Positions 10,217 to 24,600 of a stretch of DNA of 64,000 nt are shown here, piece by piece. The stretch lies in NCBI GenBank assembly GCA_964252035.1, contig OZ176204.1; one strand, 5' to 3'. Each line of letters begins with the position of its first letter. Within the stretch, counting starts at the first letter, position 1. The notes under the pieces are model-generated. The model was not told where the DNA came from. It searched no databases and worked only from the letters and a program-made list of their open reading frames with translations. The position numbers and the translations under genes are program-made. Source of the DNA: Podarcis erhardii (lineage: Eukaryota).

Positions 10217-11820
10217 GTAAGGTAACCTTAGCATTTTATGCCTTCCTAGAAATCAGAGTCATATAACCCTTTAGAGCTAAAGTCCCCAAAACAGCACTCA
10301 AGAAAACCACAGCGCCTTCAGACATCCCTCTTGGTGTCCCCCAAGCATTCTACCCTTTCCAATTAAAGAGAGAGAGATTATTGTTTTTTGGGGGTAGACT
10401 GTGGGGAGGAGCTGTCTGTTTCTTTGGAAGTGTTGCCTGCCTTTGTTTTGGTGTGTGTTTTATTTTTTGTTGGGGAGGGCAGGTGTTTTTCCTGTCTGGG
10501 GTATTCTTGTTCCTGAGTATTGATGGATTTTTCTATTTGAAATGGGTATTTTTGTAGCCTTTGTGTGCTTACATTACTGAAGTATCCGCATAGGAAAGAA
10601 GGTGATCAAGAAAAAAATAAAGTTTTGTATAAATAATAGTGTGACTCATGAATATATGGGTGCAACTAAATTTTATGAAGTTGATCCATGAAGAAACTTT
10701 ATGGTTTGAGGCAAACTTCTTTGGCTGTTTCGATAGTAGGAACAAATGCAGAGAACATTATCAGGCTTCTTCTTCTTTGTTTTGACAAATATGTCAAATA
10801 TTTGTACTGTCAAATCAATCTTCCTTTAAAGCATTGCAAACCAGACAGCTTTTACTTTGATATATTGGCTTGTTGTCTTCCCTGTAATTATTTCTCAGCT
10901 TTGCAGGTCACACTATAATGAACACATGCAGCTGTTTATCTCAAAGTTAAATGTGAGTCTCTTCACATGACTCATGATTGGCCACCCTATGCAAGGAATT
11001 ATTTGAGTGCTTTTCCATTTGCTTCCTCTCTCCTTCAGGTCCCTTCTTGCACTTCATCTTCAATGAAGTGCCCTTCCCATCCTTCTGCATCACCATGGGA
11101 GCTGCTCTTCCATAGGTGTATCTGTTCGCAGACCTTTTGGCATGGCTGAATTAAATTGAAGTAATCACTTACAGTTCCTGGAGTTCAAAGGCTTTATTCA
11201 TGCAGTAACTATTTACAAGATGAATACAGACAGAAGGGGAAAAATAGCAGATGTCTTGTCTGGATAGAACAGCAAACAAAATGGCTTTTTAAAGCCATCT
11301 ATGTTGGTGGCCATCACTGCCTCCTGTGGGAGTGAATTCCATAGTTTAACTATGCACTCCATGAAGTAAGGTTAAGATCCAAAGGTAGACTTCCTCGGAC
11401 AGAATGAGTCTTCTTCCTTCACTCCTTGCAGCCAGAAGAAGGGAACCTTTGGATCCATAATGTCTAAAGGACACTTGAAACTTCTTTGATGGGCTTACTC
11501 CCTTTATCCTTAGTAAGCTTAGTAAGTAAGCTTAAGTATGAAGGTACATCTGTACCTTCATGTATGAAGTACATTTGCTCATATTCATCATTTGTCTCTC
11601 TCTCCAGCCCCTCCTCCTACTTTGTTATTCTTCACACACACACACAGCTGCAATTTAGATTGTGATTGCAGCAGGTGATAGGTATTCATGAACTCTGCAT
11701 ATGAAGCCCTGTAAGTACCTTGTTCTCCATAGCTAAATAAAACCAGTTGCTTTCTTTTTTAGGTCTAGCATGGATAGTGCTGTGGCCAATGAGGAACTCA
11801 TAAGATGCATAATGCTTCAA

Positions 11821-11859
<39 letters not shown>
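11821..11859. repeat. (AAT)13 microsatellite
   Basis: direct reading. Confidence 0.95.
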
Positions 11860-11860
<1 letters not shown>

Positions 11861-12584
11861 CATTTTTAAACACGTGTTTAAGGTCAAGACATAAAGTTAA
11901 AGCTGGAATTCAGGAAATGGTCTAATTGGCACATAATATCTCAGTGGTAATATGAACTGAACATGGATTGTTATTTTATGTTAGTTCTGCTTGTTTCAGA
12001 AGAATCCCAACTGAGTAATATTGTGGCATTGTTTACAGGTATCAAATTAATGTCTGAAGATTGAAATCATGTGGTAGGAGTGAATGACTCATCTCAATGA
12101 AGGTATCACAATCACAGTTACTTTGCAAATGAGTATAAAGACCTTGGGTGAGAAGTTACATAAACTTGACTGTCATTTTTTAAAAACTTCATTTTATTGG
12201 AAAATGCACTGAGCCTAAACAATGAGTCTTTTGGCACCTTGAAGAATAATAGACTTATTATGGCATAAGACTCATGCTCTGCTCTGCTAGTCTTTAAGGT
12301 GACACACAAGCACAGTTATCCCTTTGAAAGTTATTTAGTATAATTACTTTAAATTTTATCTAATATAAATTAGGCTGTTTTTCTTTCTACACATTTGCCT
12401 GGTAACTACAATGAGACCTTCTTAATGGAGTGTAGTGAGTCCTGCTATTTGAAACACCCCTCCTCTGGAAATAAAGAGTGTGCCAATGACTATGTGTACC
12501 TCCACTGTCAGAGGCAGTATGTTCCTGAATACCACTTGGTGAAAACCACAGAAGGTGAGAGCACTGTTGCAGGCTTCTCATAGG

Positions 12585-12670
12585 CATCTGGGAGGCCACA
12601 TTGAGAACAGGATGTGGGACTAGATGGGCCACTGCCCTGATCCAGCAGGCTTTTATTATGTTCTTATGTG
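12585..12670 (+). mobile_element. CR1/LF-SINE-type 3' tail
   Basis: gagaacaggatgtgggactagatgggccactgccctgatccagcaggcttttattatgttcttatgt. Confidence 0.75.
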
Positions 12671-12982
12671 CCTTCAGCACATGTTAAAAACCCAGATTTT
12701 TTTCAGATTATTCTGGTGGATATCTGAAATTATGGTAATTCATACTAGTTTCATGCTACTTGCCATTGATCTTATCTTTCGCACACCAGTTCACTATATA
12801 TATATTTGATGCTAGCCTGTTCATACAGTTCTTCAAAAGAAATTTAAAACATGTGACATTTTCTTGCTAGGTTTGTGGAGGTAGAGAGTTCTTTCCCCAC
12901 CAATATTGATCCTTTTTGTAGAGCCAGTAATATATTGGGCACTGGGCAGAACATGGAAAGGACACAGTCCCAGACCAGAATG

Positions 12983-13298
12983 CTTGCCATTTACAAGGAA
13001 GGTCGGCGGTTCAAATCCCCGTGATGGGGTGAGCTCCCATTGCTCGGTCCCTGCTCCTGCTAACCTAGCAGTTCGAAAGCATGTCAAAGTGCAAGTAGAT
13101 AAATAGGTACTGCTCTGGTGGGAAGGTAAACAGCATTTCCATGCGCTGCTCTGGTTCGCCAGAAGTGGCTTAGTCATGCTGGCCACATGACCTGGAAGCT
13201 GTACGCCACCTCCCTCAGCCAATAAACGAGATGAGCGCCGCAACCACAGAATCGTCTGTGACTGGACCTAACGGTCAGGGGTCCCTTTACCTTTACCT
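12983..13298 (+). mobile_element. Sauria SINE, 5'-truncated
   Basis: ggtcggcggttcaaatccc B box, ctagcagttcgaaagcatgtc...agtagataaataggtac body, (ACCTTT)n tail. Confidence 0.92.
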
Positions 13299-15657
13299 AA
13301 ACTATTCAAGACTGAGATGAGAGAGGAAAACCCATGGATTAGGGGCACAATAGGTGAGGTGAGGCTAAGTTGGTTAAGGAAGATATCTTTTTTTAAAAAA
13401 AAAATCAAAGGTTTATGTCCTTCCTAAAGGACACATAAGGAGACAAAGATGACACTAAAGGAGTGTGAGTTGGGGTGGCCACTTTTGCACGCATCAACAG
13501 AAAAAGAGGGAATGAGTCATGGAAAAGAGGGCACAGATTTGCATGCAATTCACATGTGCTAATTTAAATAGAAATTCAAGACATCTCCCCACAGTGGGAA
13601 AGACTGTGACTGGGTGACCTTTGTGCTTGCCTGTTCAGCCTGCTGTCCATGTACTAACTGTCCCAAGTGATGGTTCTCTATCTTTAATCTGTACTTAGAA
13701 TGTAAAGTAGAACCAAACCCTAGTTTAGTCCATCACAGAAAAAAGAAATGAAAGAAGGCTTAAGGCGTAGAAGACTGTGTTATCATCCCCAGTTCCTGCT
13801 GTTGTGAATAGCATCTGTGCTTATCTTCTGCGTATTTGAGCTTTGCATAAACTGACACAGCCAGTACTTGGACATTTCAAGGCCTTTTGAGCTCACTGTT
13901 TGCAATTCTCTGTGCATATAAATCTCCCAGCTGATGATACACTTTATCCATGAAATGTCTACCAACACTTGTCCCATAAATTTATTATTTGTCTTGCACA
14001 GCAGCCAAATCAGGCTCATTTGCTAGGTGGGAAACAGTGGGAATATATATAATCAAAGACTTCCACACTAATCAAAAGCCCCTTACAGCTCCAGAAATAA
14101 ATTTTATATTGGGAGATATACCATGTGGCTGCTTAGAGATACACCAGTTCATATGTTTTCTAAATCAGCACTACAGAGTTTAAATGGTTTTGAGCAGCGA
14201 CTCAACTCAACCAACCTAGCTATATAAAATCCTCACATGACTGGCTACCCTTTTTCTCACTTCACTAATACCAAAGTGGAGAAAATATTTTGGAAAAGAA
14301 TTAGAAGAACAACTCTAGGAACTGTGGGAATGTTAAAGATTGTAGGAAAGGATATATTGAATAAGTATTATCCTTCCTTCACTCTGGCTAGTAAGTGATG
14401 TAGCAGAGCAGATTCACATGCAGGGGGAGGAAGCTCCAGACCAGTGGAACAGGAAGTTACATTGACTGGCTGTCCCCCTGCCTGTGCCCACTTTAGAGAA
14501 ATAAGGAATGTTGCATTTGACTGTACCAATGGATTACATCCCACAGGAACAAATTTGGAACAAACTACCATTCTGATCCATCTCAACTGAGCTCGAGAAA
14601 ACGCTTTCTTGGAATGTCCAAAACTACAACCATCAGCTGCCATTTTACTTTCTTTCTTGTACAACTACTAAGGAATGCAACTACTAAGCAACACAACTAC
14701 TCTGTATTCCTTGTATAGGTATGTTTCATTACTTGAAATTAAACATCTATTTATAGGCAGCCTCCCCACGTTCCTGTGCTTATAGGGAAAGCTAGCTAAT
14801 GATGCCCTGCATTTTTTTAGGCACCTAGGAAGGCTGCAGAGTGCAGACCATGAGATATTATTTGAGAACTAAAAGAATGAACGTTCACAAACACCCCGGG
14901 CCATATTTAAAGCAAGGTGAATGCAAAAAACAAACAAAAATCCCATCCTGCACCCCACTTATGAGGAACAAAATTTGATTTCTCCTTTCCTAATTTTTCA
15001 AATTCAGTTTATTTTATTATGGAGAATGGTAAATAAATAAGTGACTGTGCAAGAGGGATGTTTTCGCATAGCGCTACCTGATACCATCAGTCTCTCTTGA
15101 GAATAGGAGAAAGAACAATGAGCTTTTAAGAGAAAATGTATGGAAACTGATGTGATTCCAGACAACTACCGATAAGTGTATCTTTGGTAAACAAGAAGCT
15201 GGTGGGGGTCTCCACAGATTTCCCTTTATGCTCAATCTGATGGAGAGAGAGAGCAAATGTTACAAAGCTACAGGCAGGATTTTGTTAAACTGTCTGTAAA
15301 CACAATTTCCGTGAGCAACACAGCAACAGTTCTCCATCTGGAAAACATCACAGTTGCTGAGATATTACTGTATGTGTGCTGCAGTGCTTGGACTCTGAAA
15401 ACATTTCTTGTTTGCCTGGATGGAGGACGGAGAGTTTTGTTTGCAAGTGGGTGTAGAGACTTGGGCCCAGATTCAACGTTCTCTGACCACCAACACGAGG
15501 GCTGTTGTACTAGTGTAAAGGTGAGAATTATGGTTAAGCAATCAAATCCAATGTAACCATTGCACTAGTGGAAGCTTGTTTTGCAGCAGAGCTACAGCAA
15601 ATTGTTGCATACCCTCCAACGTTTCTCCAATGAAATAAGGACACCTTATTCCATAGT

Positions 15658-15835
15658 ATTATTATTAATATTATTGTTATTGTTATTTATACTCTGCCGA
15701 TCTGACTGGGTTGTCCCACTCTGGGTGGCTTCCAACATATATAAAAATGTAATAAAACATTAAAAAAACTTCCCTATACAGGGCTGCCTTCAGACGTCTT
15801 CTAAATGTTGTATAGTTACTTAACTCCTTGGCTTG
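15658..15835 (-). mobile_element. L2 LINE 3' terminal fragment
   Basis: reverse complement matches the L2 3' end at 34990-35168 (ctgaaggcagccctg...ggaagccacccagag...ATT-type tail). Confidence 0.75.
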
Positions 15836-15848
15836 GGGGTCACATAAT

Positions 15849-15963
15849 TCCATACCCTCCAATGAAAATAGGGGCATCCTAAGGAAAAGCGGGACATTCT
15901 ATGATTAAATCAGAAACCAGGATGGCTTTTGCTAATCTGGAAAATAGGAACACTTGGAGGGTC
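15849..15963. mobile_element. small hAT(Blackjack)-like MITE abutting the L2 fragment
   Basis: inverted ends accctccaa / ttggagggt; gggac-type subterminal motifs. Confidence 0.5.
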
Positions 15964-17696
15964 TGTTGTTGTACAACCAGGCACACAAATCATGCTATTT
16001 TCCTGCACCTGCTTTTGTTCAGGAGCCATTCTGTCTGCACAGACTGTAATTTAGCACTGTTGAATTCTTTCCTAGATCTGTGCAAGTCCTCTGCATTTGG
16101 TTTGTGGCCTGATTTGGTGATCCTGATTGGGTCCAAATCTGGGCTAGCCCAATCTGGTCTCTCCAAACCAAAATGGGAGCCTTGCACAGCTATAATGCTA
16201 AGTTAGGTTTTCAAACCCCAAGTGGCTCCAGGTTAAAAGAGGGAGCAGGAAACTTCCTTAAGATTTTCAGAACCAAGCCACTTATAGGTGGAAGAAGATT
16301 TAGCATCCCCAACCCCTCCACTCCCCAACCCTTGAGTCTGCTACTGAGGCTGAGTATATTCTCCCATTTACTCTGCATCCAATATACTCCCACTGCTGGT
16401 TTGGCTAGTGATGTCATCCACAATCCATATCTTTCCTTGTATCTGATCTGTCACATATTATGAAATGTTGCAGTTTGACACATTTCCCCCTGAAACAGGT
16501 TCGATCTGAATTGAGAAAAAGAACAACCTGCCCTCATTTCAAGCCAGTAATGTGTGTATCGGATGCACCTACTTACTTAGCCCCTGAGAGGTACTAATGA
16601 CATACTAATTATTCCTTTCCTGTGCCAAGATTAAGCAAACCCTAGGACTCTCCATATTGATTTCCCTAATCACATGAGTTTTTTGATATAGGACTGGCCC
16701 TGAGGAGATGGAGTACAGTCTGAGATATCAGTGAATGTGCTTTTCTTCTGAGCAGAGCTAAATCAATGAAGGTTACTTGACATCACTTAAGACATTCCTC
16801 TCTCCATGCTGAAACTTTACCAATATTCTGTGAAAGTACATGGGATGCGTGTTGATTACCACTTGAATAATCTTCAGTGGCGCTGAATTTGACTGAAATC
16901 TTGTTGGCATCTGTCTGTCTTGAAAGACAACGGAAGAGTACACCATCAGGGATAAAGTTAAAAGTCAAACAGCATAGTTCCATTGGCTTCAACAGGGCTT
17001 CATTTTGACTTGACATGCATTGAATTGGACTACATTTGAAAAGAGTGCTTGGAAAGCTTTTTTTTCCCCATTTTGGAATACTGTTCAGACATTGAATCAT
17101 GCTAAAGAATGGTTTACCAATTACAACTAATTCTTCCTCCTCCTTCTTTTGCCTTTGTGATTAATCAAAATTTAGGATAGATTTAGAGGTTGCATCCCTA
17201 TAAACATAATCCACTTTATTCTGTTTTGAACTGTCACCCTGCCCTGCAGAAGGGCCCCCTGGAGTTTAAGAAGCTAAACCACCTCTATAAAAGGTTTCAT
17301 TTTGGTGTACTCTCTGTGTGTCATTTTCTGTGATTGGAAAAATGGTAACTTGCTATTCCAAAACACTGCAGACAGAAAGCGTCTCCCTGAGAGAGTACTT
17401 GCTTTGCACAGTGTGATTTCATTTGACAGGCCATCAGATTATCATGGTGCTGGTTGTGATGCAAAAGAGGATTTGGATCAAGGTTGCTTTTTCTTTTGTG
17501 TACTAACATGAACAAGAGAAGTGGAGAAGTTTATACACAGACGTTTAAATAAAATATATGCAGCCAATGGCTGTTTATCAGCTGAACTTAAGCAATAAGC
17601 ATGCTTAGGTTTTCAGTCTTAGATTTTATTCCGGAGACAGAAAAATAATGATTTCACTGTGATTTTTTTATGTGAAGCAAGAATGATGCTTTAAAC

Positions 17697-17833
17697 TAGG
17701 GATGAGGAAACAGTGGCCCTTCAGATATTGTTAGGTTCCAACTCCTGTCAGCCCCAGCCAGCATGCCAATAATAAGGGGTGATAGGAATTGGAGTTTAGA
17801 AACATCCAGAAGACCATAGGTTCCTCAGTCCTG
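17697..17833. mobile_element. URR1-like hAT-derived MITE
   Basis: tagggatgaggaaacagtggcccttcagat...catccagaagaccataggttcctcagtcctg, palindromic. Confidence 0.65.
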
Positions 17834-20800
17834 CTATAATGACAGAACTATGGTATAAACAAATTTCACAGAGAAGCAATTCCCCAAGGTATAGATACAT
17901 CAATATTCATGATGCAAATAGCTTTTCACAAAGCAAAACAGATTGTCGAAGGCTGTGTGGTCACATCTGATTTAATCAGACTACATTCTTTATGAGTAGC
18001 TGTTGATAATGTTTTCTTCACCATTGTTGGTTAGTGATTGCATTTTTTAGTGTCAGCTCTTCTCCTGATAACTGTTGCTCTTTATTGTTAACTAAACTGT
18101 GGGACAAGAATGAAAGTGGCTTTGTAATTATGAAACAGAATGTTTTTCCTCCATAGCCATTATAAAGAACACCTTTGTATTCTTCCTCTAGAGAATAACT
18201 TGACGCTGCCTCAAAGAAGTAAAATAAACATTACTAAAACTGAGTCAATTTCTGGGTTTCTTTCTTTTCTTTTAACCTCAAAGCCAAACAATATGTTATG
18301 CTAAGTGTAAATAATTTCCACATATGGAATGCTGAGAGGATGAGCTATTAGGATTGGGACTGTGAGATGGCAGAAGGATGAATTTACCTTTCTGTCACAC
18401 ACTGTGATCCTGATAAAAATGGTCCCTTCTAAGTTGCAATTTCACTCAGGCTTCGGACATCTGCTCAGACCCCAAAGCATTGCAAGGGATCACCCCCCCC
18501 CATTTCAACTAATATCTTGTGACCTGGTGCTCTGAGCATCATCAGGTAGCTGCCATTATCACTCTCTCTAATGCTCCCAATGTAGTATCACTATGAAGCA
18601 TGGTGGAAAATAAAAATATCAAGCCCAGCCACTCAATACTTATTTCTTCCTGAAGACTGAATATTGTGGTTTAGTGAATTCGTTTACTTTAGACAGGGTT
18701 GTCATACGTCCGGAGTTCCCTGGACATAGATGGAATATGGCAGTCTGAGACAGGGTTCATACAGAAATTGCTGAAATGTCAACAACTCCCAGCATCCTTA
18801 ACAAACTACAGCTCCCAGAATTCTTCAGAGGAAGCCACAGCTGTTTAGAGTGATATCATGGTGCTTTAAATGTATGGTGTGGATGTAGCCCAAGTATCAT
18901 AGGTGTTTATGAGGAACCACATCTTCACCAGGGCCCAACTCTAATGAAAGATGCTCATTAACACCTTATAAGCAGAAGGAAGCTGGCTCAGTCACATCAA
19001 TATTGGCAACTACATTTATCTTTTCTTGTCTGCAATGGTATCTAAAGACCATGGTGATATAAAACTGGTGTTATAAAAATATGTCAGAGCATTAGCCAGT
19101 TTCAAATCAGTCTCTGAATTGTGAATGAATGTCATCAACTCTAAGGATATTAACAAGAACATAATTTATTTCATTATTCACTATAAGTGAGGGGGCTCCT
19201 TTTAATTGCTTTCTTTGCACTCTAGATCAAGGGCTCTTCACTGCCAGTCAGTTTTATGATTAACTGCCACACCTCCAAACAACCCTTCAGCTTTCTGCTC
19301 ATGTAGTCATGCAAAAGGAAATAATTTATGGGATTCCAGGGTGGTGTCGGAACTATGGGATTAAGTCCCTACTTTATGGGGATCATAGACATTTGGGTGG
19401 AGTGTCTATTGGGATAGATGTATGTTGCTCTTATTAAGTCTAGCCAACTTGACAGTTTGTTCATCCCACAGGAAAGAGGAAGAGGAAATTAATTACCACT
19501 TATTTGGTTAGTTCTTGGTGTTTGTTCCATCCAGCCTAAACACTAAGAGTAGGCAAAGGCATGTTAGATGGGGATTGCTGGTCCCCAAGGCTTGCCATCC
19601 TATACTCACCTGGGAGTAAGACCCATTGATTTGAGTGAGCATTACTTTTAAATAGGCATGTCAATTTCACTGTAAATAAGTCATATGTTATTTATTCTTA
19701 TTATTTATTTCTATTTAATTTAATTTCTTTTGCCATTGTTCTCAGAGTAGGAGAATATCTCCTGAACCTAGATATTATACCTCTTAAGTAACTATGCACC
19801 CCCAATGTTATTTTATCTGATGCTCTTTCCAGTGTGCTATTTGCATATTATTTTTGATTAACATTTTTATTGTAAGCTATCTCTTGAGGATTTGCCTTAA
19901 AATGTGGGGTAGAAATAAGCTGAATAAATCCATTTGATGGCAACACTTCATGCACTCAGTGAAGTGGTATACCGCTGCTGATTTAAATTTATTATCTGCC
20001 CTTCATCATAAGGCAGATTACAACCATTTAAAATGCAATATTAAATCGGTCTACAAAACCCCACATTCACAATAATTGGGTACACAGAAACATACAAGCT
20101 GTTATAAGTTTCATAGCCTTTAAGGTGCTGCAAGATTTCTTTTTTTGCTGCAACAGACTGCAATTTTTAAAGAAACTGAATGTATTTTCTCTTACACACC
20201 TGGAAATATGGATGGATTAATCTCCCTGGGGAGAGCATTCCACAAACAGGGAGCCACCACAGAAAAGGCCTGTTCTTGTTTTCATATATGAATTTTTGCA
20301 GACATTTTTTGGTTGAAGAACTTTATTTCAAGAGTCAGAAAATGCAAATTGAGTGTGCTTTCCCACCAGGTGTGTGTGTGTGTGTGTGTGGGGAGGAGAT
20401 CCAGTTTCTTGCTACATCCTTTCCCCTCCCATAACTGCCTCTGTACAAGGAGAGTTCCACTCTTGTTGCCCCACTGCATGTAGAGAGCTGCATTGATTTG
20501 CAGGCTTGGGCACCCAAATTTTCATGTGCATGGGACTGACTGCATCAACTCTTCACAACTTCTTTTCTACTTACATAAATAAGAAACTGTACAACGCCTA
20601 GAAAGTCAGTACTCATATCTTGTACTAATCACATCAGCTTAAGAAGATACCAGAACATGTATCTATTTGAAAAATATCCTTGTTGGCATATATCAAGGGT
20701 ATGAGAAAAAGTCTCTTCTGTGACTATGCCAGACCAAGCCCTTTTTGATGTTCAGTACCTGTTGAAATGGAAGCAGGAGGATGGTGCTTTTCCACATGTG

Positions 20801-21167
20801 GAATGCTAATAGTGCTTTAATCAAGCATCACATGCTTGGCCATGCAGCTCCTGGACTAGTCTGTAGGATTTATTAGCACCCATTTCATATTAATTCTAAG
20901 TCTCCAGTCACTCAGCTGCTTCTCTGTGTTCCCTGATATGCCTCTCTCTCTGTGTGTGTAAAGTGCCTTTGCCAAAAATGATGATGAAGGCAAATCTCAG
21001 AATGGGGATAGTTTGGAAGTGAACTTGCCGGGTTCAATTTTTTTTGGACCATTATGTACCAGACCTTAGTCTCCTTTGCTTCAAAGTCCAGAGCTGACTC
21101 AAAATGGGCCTACTGACCCAAAGGCCTGTCCTGCTAGCCTTCTCTCCTTCTATTCCACCCCCCCAAT

Positions 21168-21612
21168 AATATTTATTGAGTTTCATACAAACACAAAAAA
21201 TAAAAAACAATAATAAAAGAAAAGAAAAAGAGATAACATATTACAAACCTCTCAGATACTACCCACAAATAACACCACATACACAAATACAATAAGACTT
21301 AATCAGTTAAACTCCAACTTCATAAACATATTACATATTACTTTGACTTCCTCAAATCTCTTGCATCTGAATTTCCTTGTAATTGGATATAGCAGTTTCC
21401 AATATCATTATTCCCTTAAAAAAACAATATTCAGGTTATAATCAAATTTTCTAACTTTTCTTATCATTCTATTTCTCATTTATTTATTTAATCCTAATTT
21501 AATCCTAGGCCTAATTGGTTCTTTCAAGTAATTACAAATCTTTAATATTAGAATATTTATTCAAATAGTCTTTAAATTTCTTCCACTCTTCTTCTAAAAC
21601 AAGTTTGCTCTT
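21168..21612 (-). mobile_element. L1-clade LINE 3' end (ORF2 C-terminus plus 3'UTR)
   Basis: minus strand reads KSKLVLEEEWKKFKDYLNKYSNIKDL*, the W(K)KF.YL end of vertebrate L1 ORF2; T-rich 3'UTR ending in AATAAA. Confidence 0.65.
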
Positions 21613-24600
21613 ACAATGAGAGGTACAAGTGGCAGGTAGTGCAAGAATCCTGAGACATCAGTGCTGCTGGCCATGCTTAGGACCTTTATTTCCTACCAAA
21701 GTTCATGGGAGTTGAATTGGGAGGCATTGAAATCAACAGCACCCAAGAACCCCAGCAGCAAGGGACACTTCTGAGCAAACATGTTCAGGTATTCAGTCTA
21801 AGCCTTACTAAGCTCCATTTGTTGACAGTCAGGCTTCCTTGCCACTGTCTCTCCCCAACTTTGCAAGGGTATGCTTGCTTTCGAAGGACGAGAGTGGCAG
21901 AGAAAGTTGGGTTCAGAGAAGCCTTGGAAAGAACCTGAGTCTTATGTAGAGTTCTCTGAAAAATCTTGCAGGAAATAAGGTCATCCTAGGGCAAGTCCAG
22001 AAGTGCTTTTCCATGCCAGTTAACAAGGCATCACAAATCAGATCAGGGCCTCCCTCGGCTTCTGAGCTTTTAATCAAAGATAATTATTTCCCCAGGGCAT
22101 TCCAATCACAGCAGTCTAGGGGAGTGATGGACATTTTTCAAGTGGATCTATGCCTTCCCCTGTGCAAGTCAATGGAGAAATCTCAATTGTATCTCTGAAA
22201 ATTTGTAGGGGCTGAAACCTTTCCTCATCACTACCTCGGGATAAGAGGATCTTTGCTAGGACAGTGACATTTTCTCCATCCTGGTCTTTCCTGGGCATTT
22301 ATGTGACTGCCCCTCCTCCAACAATTCCTATTGTACATACTCCCAAATGGTAAGTTCAGCCCTTGCAAGAAAACTAATGCAGCTGTCATTCTGAAATTGG
22401 TCGTCTCATCCCATCAGTAGGGGTGACTATGCCTGAAAATCTAAATACTGCTTTAGTAAGGAAATAAAGATGAATGCTCAAACAATATGTCATCTGGAAA
22501 AGCCCCTTGAAGAACTGGGTGCTATTTCTTTTCTTTTTTTAAAAAAATACCATTACATTCTCCCCCTCCTCAATTTCTTGCTTTACTGACTTTACTGAGT
22601 CCCAGTTTTCCCAAATGGAAAAGGTCTTTGTACAATGACTACATGTGGAGTAATAAGCCTCTCTTGCATGCATAGCCCTTTTCAGTAGTCAAATTGATGA
22701 TTTTTGTATCAGAAGATGCAATGTAAATAAGATATGCAGCAGCTTGCAGAATAAAGCTAACAATAGCTATGTGAGTAAATTTTCCATGTGGGCTATCATC
22801 TTTGGCTCTTAAATTAAAGTTTGGACAGATTTATAAGGATAGAGTTAACTGACACCACCACCACCCCTTACTGCTGTAGAAAAACACTGTTGATTGCTCT
22901 AAACAGGATGTTCAACCAGTTCTGGTTTTAGTAGTGCTTAAGCATATTCAAATTACTGCTTTGGTCAGGAATGCAGGCATCTTTAATTGACATTGGATTG
23001 CAAATGTTTTGTTGCTGGTATTCAGGAGACGTTCCCTTGTTTCATTGTGGTTGCTGTGCAAACTTGAAATGGAAGATAGTATTAAAAGAAAGAAAGAATA
23101 CAAGGTGAAATGGCTGCTCTGGAGATTGTGAGCACTGGGGTAACGTCATCTTTATTCAGTACTCATGATTGCCACAGGTGCATTATATAATTTTGCAAAA
23201 AGAAAAAGAAAATATTCCAACGACTGCAGGCCAAAGGAAGCAAATCAGGATGAAGAAAACTGCACAAAGAAAAAGGGAAAGTGTGGTATTCCAAATAGGA
23301 ATGGTCACAGATGAACAGGCTGTGATATTGGACCAGTTTGAACATGTATGCTCATGAAGTGATTCTCATGGTCAAATCAACACTGGATCATACACTACAT
23401 GTTCATCGGAATCAGTTCACACATTCAGCTGCAAGACATCAAGGATTGAGTAGCCAGGTCAAGGTTAGCCAACATGGCACCCTCTGGATGCTGCTGGAAC
23501 ACAACTCCCACCATCCCTGATCCACTGGTCATGCTAGCTGGGCTGGATGGGAGATATAGTTCAATATCATATGGGGGGTTCCACATTGGCTTTCCCTGAG
23601 TTAAGTGGCATGTCTTTTGGGCAACTGCACAACCCATGTTTTGATTCCCCTCCTTGGCCACTTCCATCTGATCTTACCTGCATTGGCTTATGCACAGGTC
23701 CCTTTGGAGTGAAACATCCCTATGCGAATGTCTGGTTGCATCAGAGGCAAGTCACACTCCTGCTTCCCACCACACATAAAGGAGAATTCAGACCCAATAT
23801 GAGGCAAAAATACAATGACTTATTGGAATAGAAAACGAAATTATTGTATAAAAGCTTCAAAATTTTTCCTCCCCATCTTGGCTCATGAGAATTAAAAACA
23901 TGAGAATCAATTCAAGTTTTCCTAACGTTACATAGAATAGCAACAAGGATTGCATCCAATAAGTACATTTCCCTGTCGTCTGAGACAGCACTTCTCCCAA
24001 GGGACATAAAATCCCAACTTAATTTGCTGATGCAGTTTCATTAACATCAGAATGATTCACAAATCCAAAATCAATATACATATGTTAGTGGAACCTGCCT
24101 ATTCTGTGAAGCAATTTCTTCCACTAATCTGCTCATAAACACCGGGGATTTGACTCGGTCATTACTGTTCACCTAAGTGTGAAACAGCTCTGCTGGGATA
24201 TGTGAAATGATCTGTACCATTGTATACTTCTTTCTGTAAAATGATATCATTACTCTGGATTTACGTTGACATAAACTGAAAGTAACTCACGGCCCTCTTT
24301 CTATTGTATTTGTCCCTTTCCCCTCTGTATTAACACACATTTGCTTTGCTAAATCAAGCAGCTGATGGAAGTATACAGAGTTCTATAGACAGGGCTCAGA
24401 ATGCGATCTTTGTATCATGAAGTGTATCTGTATAGAATGGTAACAAGAAGCTTTTATGAATAAAACAAAGGCAATTAAAGCTGATACAACAGGGGGATAT
24501 GGGAATGAACAAAAACTGCGATAGAAGTATTATAAACTTGTCTGTTTGATGGATGTGTAGCTAAATGGACTAGACATGCTTAGCTTTTATTATTGCCCAG

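Noticed and set aside
23060-23340. Possible PIF/Harbinger transposase C-terminus (MIATGALYNFAKRK)
   Set aside because: Resemblance to the IIxACxxLHN motif is weak, no catalytic DDE segment or TIRs were seen, and upstream stops break the frame; needs an HMM search
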